From: an uncultured Clostridia bacterium
Lineage (GTDB): Bacteria; Bacillota; Clostridia; Christensenellales; UBA1242
Direction: 5' to 3'
DNA length: 64,000 nucleotides
NCBI GenBank assembly: GCA_944377305.1
Contig: CALWEL010000006.1
Span: forward strand, 2,642-66,641
Positions 57,295 to 64,000 of this stretch are shown here, in pieces. A model generated the notes under the pieces. It searched no databases, was not told the origin of the DNA, and worked only from the letters and a program-made list of their open reading frames with translations. Both the position numbers and the translations under genes were made by a program. Each line of letters opens with the position of its first letter. The first letter of the stretch is position 1.

Positions 57295-57307
57295 AATTAG
57301 TACATAT

Positions 57308-58870
57308 TTATTTTAATTCATAGCCCATCTTTTTCGGTAAAAAAATCTTTTTATCCATTCTTTTTAATGTTTTTGAAATAATAGGTTTGAAATCCATATT
57401 TGCCAAAATATCCTTATTTAAATCCATATTCGGCGCTATCTCAATCAATTCTACTCCCTTAGGAGTGAGTTTGAAAACCGCCCGTTCAGTAACATAAGTA
57501 ATATCTTGCTTATTTTTGATTGCATTTTTTGCTGAGAAAGTAATTTGCTGAACTTTATCCACAAATTTTTTTGCTTTACCTTCATTTTTTATCTTCAGCC
57601 CACGACTATTAACTTGAACGTCAAGATCTCCAGAAGTAAATGTGCCTATAAAAATAATTTTAGGAGTGTTTTGTGTAATGTTGATAAATCCTCCTGGACC
57701 AGTCACGCGTTTGCCAAATTTAGAAACATTGACATTTCCCTCTTTGTCTACCTGAGCCAACCCTAGCACAGCGCAGTCCAGCATACCACCATCATACAAA
57801 TCAAACATATCTGCATCTCCGATGATTGAATCTGCATTGAACGCCACTCCGAAAGTTACTCCACTCTGTGCCACTCCTCCTGTAATGCCCGTTTCAATAG
57901 ATAAAATAATGTCTGATATACCGCCTTCTTCATTCAACACATTGGCTACTAATTCTGGCATACCTACACCCAAATTTACCAACACACCTTTATTCAATTC
58001 CATCATTGCACGTCTAGCACATATTTTTCGTTCATTCAATTCAACAGGCTTTATCTCACTTAATTCAATCTTTTTTTTGCCAACTAATCCCGGAACGTGC
58101 TTAGGTATATTATAATCCCCTTTTGATCTGTCTGGCTTGGTTACAACAACAAAATCAACAAGTCTACCAGGAATAAGCACATCTTTTGCTTTCAGTGTCC
58201 CATATTCAACGATTTTTTCAACTTCAGCAATCACTATACCGCCAGAATTATGTGCCGCAGCTGCCAATTGAAATTGTTCCCCAATAATTGGCTCCCACTC
58301 AAGTGATAAATTTCCTTTGGTATCCGAATATGTTGCCTTGATAAGTGCCACTTGAATAGGAAACGATTTAAAAAATAATTTTTCTTCTCCGCCGATTTGG
58401 ACTAATTCAACAATAGGGTCTGCGTCTTTTGCTTTTTCATTTTCTCTAGCACCCTCTATTCTTGGATCAACAAAAGTATTAAGTCCAATATGTGTGACGA
58501 CTCCAGGTTTTTTGCCGGCAATCGCTCGTAAAAGATGAGTATACACACCTAATGGTATTCCAAAAGCAGGAAATTGATTTTCACCTATTGCAATCCCAAA
58601 TTTTTTACCCATACCTAAATGTGCACATATCGCTTTGCCTACCAATCCTGGTTCTGCTAAACAATTCATTCCCACATCCTCGTAAGTCAGATTGCCTGGA
58701 GAAATCCCCGCTACTACTGTTAAATTCTTTGGACTGTTTGTTTTTTTATATCTTTTGAGAATCTCTTGTAACACTGCTTCAGGTGAACCGCTACCTCCTG
58801 AACCGCTTATCCCTAAAGTATTATTAGATTTTATAAGTTTTACTGCTTCATTTACACTAACTATTTTCAT
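57308..58870 (-). CDS. Acyl-CoA:acetate/3-ketoacid (propionate) CoA-transferase family protein
   Basis: 520 aa. N-terminal NTLGISGSGGSGSPEA and overall single-chain family I CoA-transferase (COG4670-like) organisation. Confidence 0.8.
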   Translation of the reverse strand: MKIVSVNEAVKLIKSNNTLGISGSGGSGSPEAVLQEILKRYKKTNSPKNLTVVAGISPGNLTYEDVGMNCLAEPGLVGKAICAHLGMGKKFGIAIGENQFPAFGIPLGVYTHLLRAIAGKKPGVVTHIGLNTFVDPRIEGARENEKAKDADPIVELVQIGGEEKLFFKSFPIQVALIKATYSDTKGNLSLEWEPIIGEQFQLAAAAHNSGGIVIAEVEKIVEYGTLKAKDVLIPGRLVDFVVVTKPDRSKGDYNIPKHVPGLVGKKKIELSEIKPVELNERKICARRAMMELNKGVLVNLGVGMPELVANVLNEEGGISDIILSIETGITGGVAQSGVTFGVAFNADSIIGDADMFDLYDGGMLDCAVLGLAQVDKEGNVNVSKFGKRVTGPGGFINITQNTPKIIFIGTFTSGDLDVQVNSRGLKIKNEGKAKKFVDKVQQITFSAKNAIKNKQDITYVTERAVFKLTPKGVELIEIAPNMDLNKDILANMDFKPIISKTLKRMDKKIFLPKKMGYELK

Positions 58871-59090
58871 ATCCCACCCCTAAATTATAATTAGTTTAAC
58901 ATACTTTCGACAAAATAAACAACTAATTTGTATCCAATCATAAATTCTATTGTAATATAAACAATGATTTTCAGAATTAAAATTTGTATTTATAATGTAA
59001 TAGTATCAATTGAATTAAAAAAAATAAAAAACTAAAATTTATTAATCATTGAATAAGTATAAAATTTTTTAATACTTTTGAAAATAAGTT

Positions 59091-59130
59091 GAAAAAATAC
59101 AAGTATTGAAATCAATGCTTGTATTTTTAT
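59091..59130 (-). terminator. Intrinsic terminator
   Basis: ATACAAGTATTG-AAAT-CAATGCTTGTAT hairpin (one G:U pair) flanked by an A-run and a T-run. Confidence 0.7.
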
Positions 59131-59140
59131 AATCTAATGA

Positions 59141-60820
59141 TTATTTAGTTTTCTTAGTAGTAGTTTTCTTTGCACTAGTGGTTTTGACTGAAGAGCTAGC
59201 AGGTTTTTTAGTCGTAGCACTCTTTGCTGTTGTAGAATTTTTAGGTGCTGCCTTTCCACCAGATTTAGCAGTTCCTTTTTCTGTAGTAGTTGTTTGTGCA
59301 TTAGTCTGTTTTGGAACAGATTTTGTACCTATCGTACTACCTTTTGAAACTGTTTTAGGAGTCGATTTTCTCTTTGGCTTTGTTTCGACTTGAATTTCCT
59401 CCACCTGAGGCTCTTCACTTTCTTCTTGCAAAACTTCTGCACTGACTGACTCATTAGTTTCAGCTACTACTGCTGGCACAGTCTCACCATTATTTGTTGC
59501 AAGCACTGGTGTTTGAACGGTTTTATTCTTTTTGATGACGAACTTGTCCATCAAGAATTTAACAACACAACCTAGTACCACAGAAATTGCAGTAACTACC
59601 CAGAACACTTCAGCCCAAGAATATGGAGTAGCTGGATTTTTGCCTCGAATTTCAACATAAAAGTAGATGAAAGGCATATGAAGCATATAGATATATAATG
59701 CTGAACCACCAAGATAGTCCAAAACTTTTGCTGTATACTTATTGTTTAATAATGCCGTCACATAATCTTTTCCTAATAAAGTCAAAGTAACCAAAACGAT
59801 ACACAACAAATGAATTGTCGTCCTGTATGTCCAATTGTTGGTAACCACCGAAGGGACATCTCCACTAGCCACTGAATTGTTGATGATAAATTCACCTGCA
59901 AGCCACTCAGGTTGAATAGTAAACATCACAATTAGCACAGCAACTGCTAAATATACGATAGTCAAAATCACTTTGGTAGCGATATTGTAATTTAATTTTT
60001 TCAACTTTTCGACAGCGTAATAGATTATTACTCCACCACACATTCCGATAAGCACGAACAACAAGCCATTGTTGAATCCTATCACGCCAGTGCTGACAGC
60101 GGAACCAGTCACGCTAGGGTTCGTTGAATATTGTTCACCTAAAGTTGAGAAAGCTGCTTGAGAAGCACGTGTACCGCTCCAAGCCCACCATCCACCTAAG
60201 AACACGAACAAGAATGGTGCGATGAATCCTGCGAATACATCTTCATTTTTACACATTGCCCAATAGATAATGTAAGAGCATATCAAAAGTCCTGATATGA
60301 ACCACATAGCGCCATTTGCCTGACTATAGGCAGCTGGATAACCTGCAGCATACAATCCCAAGAATTCCCACAACCCATTAAATACTGAGTTAATTGCTAC
60401 TGCAAAAGTACTTTCTTGGAAAATAGCAACTGCTATCACGCCCAAGATAATGCCTAATGCTAGCACAGGAAGCAATGCTTTGATTCTACCCCAAAGATAT
60501 TCCCAAGCACGACCACTGGCAGTCCTTGAAGCATATTCAGGATTGGCTTGCAATCTTTTGAAATGCTTGACTAAGAAATAACCAGCAGTTAAGGTGAACA
60601 CAAATAGAATTTCACCAGCCCCAGCCATCCAGGTAGCCGCTTCTATAATTCCTGCCATAGCGCGAGGAGCCAAGATGGTACCGATGTGATAGCCGAGAAT
60701 TGCAATAGCGAAGAAGAAACGCCAAAATTCAATAGCATGATTTCTCTCCGACTTCTTTTGAGCAACCGTCTGAACTTGCTGAGTTTCAACAGGTTGTTCA
60801 TTCACGATTTCTTTTGTCAT
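59141..60820 (-). CDS. Acyltransferase family 3 membrane protein with a C-terminal Lys/Thr-rich tail of about 120 aa
   Basis: ERNHAIEFWRFFFAIAILGYHIG N-terminal motif and about 10 TM segments. The tail reads ..KPKRKSTPKTVSKG..TTKKPASSSVKTTSAKKTTTKKTK. SD is AAAGGGGG. Confidence 0.78.
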   Translation of the reverse strand: MTKEIVNEQPVETQQVQTVAQKKSERNHAIEFWRFFFAIAILGYHIGTILAPRAMAGIIEAATWMAGAGEILFVFTLTAGYFLVKHFKRLQANPEYASRTASGRAWEYLWGRIKALLPVLALGIILGVIAVAIFQESTFAVAINSVFNGLWEFLGLYAAGYPAAYSQANGAMWFISGLLICSYIIYWAMCKNEDVFAGFIAPFLFVFLGGWWAWSGTRASQAAFSTLGEQYSTNPSVTGSAVSTGVIGFNNGLLFVLIGMCGGVIIYYAVEKLKKLNYNIATKVILTIVYLAVAVLIVMFTIQPEWLAGEFIINNSVASGDVPSVVTNNWTYRTTIHLLCIVLVTLTLLGKDYVTALLNNKYTAKVLDYLGGSALYIYMLHMPFIYFYVEIRGKNPATPYSWAEVFWVVTAISVVLGCVVKFLMDKFVIKKNKTVQTPVLATNNGETVPAVVAETNESVSAEVLQEESEEPQVEEIQVETKPKRKSTPKTVSKGSTIGTKSVPKQTNAQTTTTEKGTAKSGGKAAPKNSTTAKSATTKKPASSSVKTTSAKKTTTKKTK

Positions 60821-60893
60821 TTTACCCCCTTTTATCCCTAACTAAGAAAACGTTAGATATAAAGATTATGTGCAAAAAAAACAAAAAAGTCAA

Positions 60894-61451
60894 TTATTTT
60901 TTATTTATTTTGACTTTTTCCTTTCTTTTTGTTAAATTTTCTCGCAATTTATTGAATTCTTGCATTGTTTTATTGCTCATACACTGTTTTTTTAGCAAAA
61001 CAATATTTTGTTCTTTGAACACTAAAAATATATAATCTTTTTCAACTTTCAAATTAGATAAATCACTCACCAAATATTTATTGACACCCAAAATTTTTTC
61101 TTTTATTAAAAACGTTTCACTGACTTCATCTTCTTGAAATGTGACTCGTACTTTCGTTACTTTGGATAGATCAGATGATAGAAAAAACTCTTTTTGTTTT
61201 TTCTGATTTTTCCATAATGCTATTTGGTCCACCATAAAATATCCAACAATCAGAATAATACTAGCTATCCCAATTGTCCAATAACTTTGTCGTGCAATAA
61301 TACCTCCTATCGACACCATCAAACCTAAGATTGAGACACCTATCACCAATAGATTGACTATACCTGTCTTTCTTCTATTTTTCAACTTAAATAGATATTT
61401 GGTCGCCGCCAAATTGTCATCCAATGTGTAGTTATATATGCATTCATTCAT
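60894..61451 (-). CDS. Hypothetical membrane protein (YcxB-like topology)
   Basis: Two central TM segments followed by a soluble C-terminal domain. The family assignment is tentative. Confidence 0.45.
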   Translation of the reverse strand: MNECIYNYTLDDNLAATKYLFKLKNRRKTGIVNLLVIGVSILGLMVSIGGIIARQSYWTIGIASIILIVGYFMVDQIALWKNQKKQKEFFLSSDLSKVTKVRVTFQEDEVSETFLIKEKILGVNKYLVSDLSNLKVEKDYIFLVFKEQNIVLLKKQCMSNKTMQEFNKLRENLTKRKEKVKINKK

Positions 61452-61531
61452 TTATCTTATATTATCAAAAAATGATTGAAAAGTAAACAAATTTTTGTCT
61501 AGTTTGAAGCAAACATTCTAAAAGGAAAGAA

Positions 61532-62575
61532 TTAATTGAAATAATTAATCCCCATACTTGTCTTTAATTTGATAACATTTTTTTGAGCGACATCTCTTGC
61601 TTTCATTGTGCCATCATACAATATTTTCATAATTGCATCAGGATTTTTCGCCAACTCTTTTCTTCTCTCTCGTATTGGTGCCAATAATTCTTGCAAGATT
61701 TCATTCAAAAATTTTTTAATTTTCATATCTCCAAGTCCACCTCGCGAATAATGTGCTTTCAATTCACTTAGAGATTTATATTCGGGTAAATATTTTTCAA
61801 AATGCTCAGGACGAGAAAATACATCCAAATATGTAAACACTGTGTTCTCCTCAATCTTGCCAGGATCTTGCACGTGTATATGACCCGGATCTGTATACAT
61901 TGAAAAAACTTTTTGCTTGATCTCATCTGGCTCATCCGATAGATAAATACAATTATTTAAACTTTTACTCATCTTCGCCTTTCCATCTATTCCTACCAAA
62001 CGATACGAATTTTCATTGTCTGGAAGTAACGCTTTGGGTTCAATTAAAGTCTTCCCATATAAATTATTGAACGAACGAACTATTTCTCTTGCCTGTTCAA
62101 GCATCGGAAGTTGGTCATCTCCGACAGGCACTATATTCGCGTTAAATGCTGTAATATCTGCAGTTTGGCTAACTGGATAAGTCAAAAATCCCATTGGTAT
62201 TGAATTGTTGAAATCTTTTTGTTTCAGTTCTTCTTTCACTGTAGGATTTCTTTCCAGTCTTGATAATGTCACTAGATTCATATAATAAAAAGTAAATTCC
62301 GTCAATTCACTCACCTCGCTCTGAATGAAGAAATTCACCCTGTTAGGATCTAGTCCTACAGCCAAATAATCTAACATAACTTCCATCACATTATCTCTAA
62401 CCTTTTGCACATTGCCAAAGTTGTCTGTGAGAGCTTGTGAATCTGCAATCATAATATAAAATTTTTCATATCCGCCTTTATTCTGAATTTCCAATCTTCT
62501 TTTTAAACTGCCCACATAATGTCCCAAATGCAAACGTCCTGTTGGTCTATCACCCGTCAAAATAATATTTTTCAT
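61532..62575 (-). CDS. trpS: Tryptophan--tRNA ligase
   Basis: TGDRPTGRLHLGHY (HIGH-type) and KMSKS motifs. 347 aa. Confidence 0.93.
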   Translation of the reverse strand: MKNIILTGDRPTGRLHLGHYVGSLKRRLEIQNKGGYEKFYIMIADSQALTDNFGNVQKVRDNVMEVMLDYLAVGLDPNRVNFFIQSEVSELTEFTFYYMNLVTLSRLERNPTVKEELKQKDFNNSIPMGFLTYPVSQTADITAFNANIVPVGDDQLPMLEQAREIVRSFNNLYGKTLIEPKALLPDNENSYRLVGIDGKAKMSKSLNNCIYLSDEPDEIKQKVFSMYTDPGHIHVQDPGKIEENTVFTYLDVFSRPEHFEKYLPEYKSLSELKAHYSRGGLGDMKIKKFLNEILQELLAPIRERRKELAKNPDAIMKILYDGTMKARDVAQKNVIKLKTSMGINYFN

Positions 62576-63111
62576 ATTTTCTCCTCTCCTATTTTATCTA
62601 AAATTTAATTAAAATGCAAATGATTAAAATCTAAATTTATTAAGCAATGATCTTTTATATTAATTAATTTATTATTTTTAAAAAACACTAATGATTTTCA
62701 TTCCTTCTTATAAAAATAAATATATATTTTATATTTTTTTAATTTATTGCAAATATAATTGTTTTTATTTATATAATAATTATTGTTTTTAATTATTTCA
62801 TAATAATTCAATAAATTTCCCTATTTTATTTATAAAATAAATATAAAATTTAATTATTAATAGATATTTAGTCTTTTATTTTGAAAATAATTAAAAAGAA
62901 AATTTAATCTAACAAAGTATAATTTTTATTTATATTAGAAATTTCAAAAGAAATCAACTTTGATCAATAAATTTCAATTTTAATAATATAATTTTTAAAT
63001 TTAATATATTTACTTATTTTAATAATTAATTTTTACGATTTTTGATTAAATTTTAAGTATTTTTTATTAATATAAAATATTTTTATAATTTAATTTGTTT
63101 AGAAAATTAAT

Positions 63112-63139
63112 TTCACCAATATATCTCTGTTGTTATAAT
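63112..63139 (+). promoter_or_regulatory. Candidate extended -10 promoter (TTCACC-16-TGT-TATAAT)
   Basis: TGTTATAAT at 63131-63139, with a weak -35 TTCACC at 63112-63117. Confidence 0.4.
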
Positions 63140-63145
63140 AGAATT

Positions 63146-63246
63146 TGTTTTCATTTAAATTTTTATAAACAAACTATTTGCTACAATCCCTCCTAAAATA
63201 AAAATACTGTCAATAACTAACTATGCTATATGACAGTATTTTAATT
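63146..63246 (+). ncRNA. Candidate small RNA of about 100 nt with an anti-SD-like UCCCUCCU motif
   Basis: The promoter-like element is followed by AAUCCCUCCUAAA (63185-63198). Then comes a perfect 10-bp hairpin AATACTGTCA/TGACAGTATT (63203-63212/63231-63240) and a U-rich tail. No ORF is present. Confidence 0.4.
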
Positions 63247-63470
63247 TAAAACTACAAACAAAAAACTATACATATAGCATATTATATGCAATACCAAGAT
63301 TTTGTGCTTTTGTTCAAACCTTTTTTCATACACCTTATATTATAATAAAAAGCATAAAATGTCAATAAATTTGCTCTATGTTCAAAATTTAGTCGATAAC
63401 TATTTAAACTTGACTTTCAAAATGTTTTTTGCTAAAATAAAAATGTAATTAATGTAATTTAGGAGTATAT

Positions 63471-64000
63471 ATGTTATATAAAAAATTTGAAGGAAAAAAT
63501 TTATATTTTGCACCAATAGATAACCAAAATCTAGAGCTCTGCACAAAATGGATGAATGATGAAACTTTGACTAGAGGGTTAGGACAAACTTCTAATATTT
63601 ATACAGAAATCAGCGAACGTGAATATATGGAAGAACAATCAAAGAAAATAAACAACTATCAGTTTTATGTTGTTAGAAAAAATGATGACAAAATTTTAGG
63701 AATTTATGATCTCCATAACGTTCAACAGATTCATCAGTTTGCCGAAGCGGGCGGTTTCATTGGAGAAATTGACGAACGCGGAAAAGGATATGGTAGTGAA
63801 GCTTTGAGAATGATATGCGATTTTGGATTCAATATTATTAATTTGAATACTATAGTTGGACGTATTTTCTCATTTAATTTCGGTTCTATAAAATCTGCTG
63901 AGAATGTTGGTTTTAAAAAGGTTGGGGAAATTAGCAATAGATATTACTATCGTGGAAAATTCTATAACGAAATCATCTTGGAAATTACAAAAGAAGAATT
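63471..64000 (+). CDS. GNAT-family N-acetyltransferase (partial, runs off the window end)
   Basis: ATG at 63471 preceded by AGGAG, open to the window end. RGKGYGSEAL acetyl-CoA-binding motif and a RimJ/RimL-like pattern. Absent from the ORF track because no stop falls inside the window. Confidence 0.75.
   Translation, partial: MLYKKFEGKNLYFAPIDNQNLELCTKWMNDETLTRGLGQTSNIYTEISEREYMEEQSKKINNYQFYVVRKNDDKILGIYDLHNVQQIHQFAEAGGFIGEIDERGKGYGSEALRMICDFGFNIINLNTIVGRIFSFNFGSIKSAENVGFKKVGEISNRYYYRGKFYNEIILEITKEE

Noticed and set aside
62576-63110. Expected T-box riboswitch upstream of trpS.
   Set aside because: The spacer is almost devoid of G/C. I could not find the conserved T-box sequence (AGGGTGGNACCGCG-like) or a specifier/antiterminator arrangement on the minus strand.
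1-64000. Possibility of Mollicutes-type genetic code (UGA read as Trp), given the AT-richness and gene content.
   Set aside because: All conserved genes (PFOR, tkt, tex, rnr, pyk, gpmI, trpS and others) are full length under the standard code. Several ORFs terminate sensibly at TGA, for example 28166-29092.

Overview
The window is an AT-rich, gene-dense chromosomal segment. Gene content suggests a low-GC Bacillota lineage with a reduced genome (Erysipelotrichia- or Mollicutes-related), but this taxonomy is an inference. Conserved genes are full length under the standard code, so TGA does not appear to be recoded. Most of the window is housekeeping: tex, PFOR (nifJ), truA, rplM-rpsI, tkt, mnmA, rpiB, pyk, a pgk-tpiA-gpmI block followed by secG-rnr-smpB, trpS, and a clear tmRNA (ssrA). 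I found no rRNA, tRNA, CRISPR array, transposase or integrase. The observations that stand out are listed here. (1) Three promoters share a 'TTTTGTACAAAA-N7/8-TTGAYT' module. Two of them drive a convergent, 3'-overlapping pair of stand-alone Spo0A C-terminal-domain-like genes next to a TasA/camelysin-like gene. (2) Several G+C-richer islands sit in otherwise AT-rich spacers. Each has a promoter-like element, C-run (anti-Shine-Dalgarno-like) motifs and an intrinsic terminator. One is a near-identical 139-nt tandem duplication at 29.1-29.5 kb. These are candidate C-rich regulatory sRNAs. (3) A small insert lies between ssrA and smpB. It carries a TIGR02391 (Hypoth_Ymh)-like gene followed by a roughly 125-nt rod-like hairpin and a strong terminator. 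(4) Two P-loop NTPase homologues have destroyed Walker A motifs: one Rho-like and one shikimate-kinase-like. (5) A zinc-ribbon/SPFH triad resembles ydjGHI but has no pspA. All functional calls rest on remembered family motifs and manual reading. No searches or folding computations were run.
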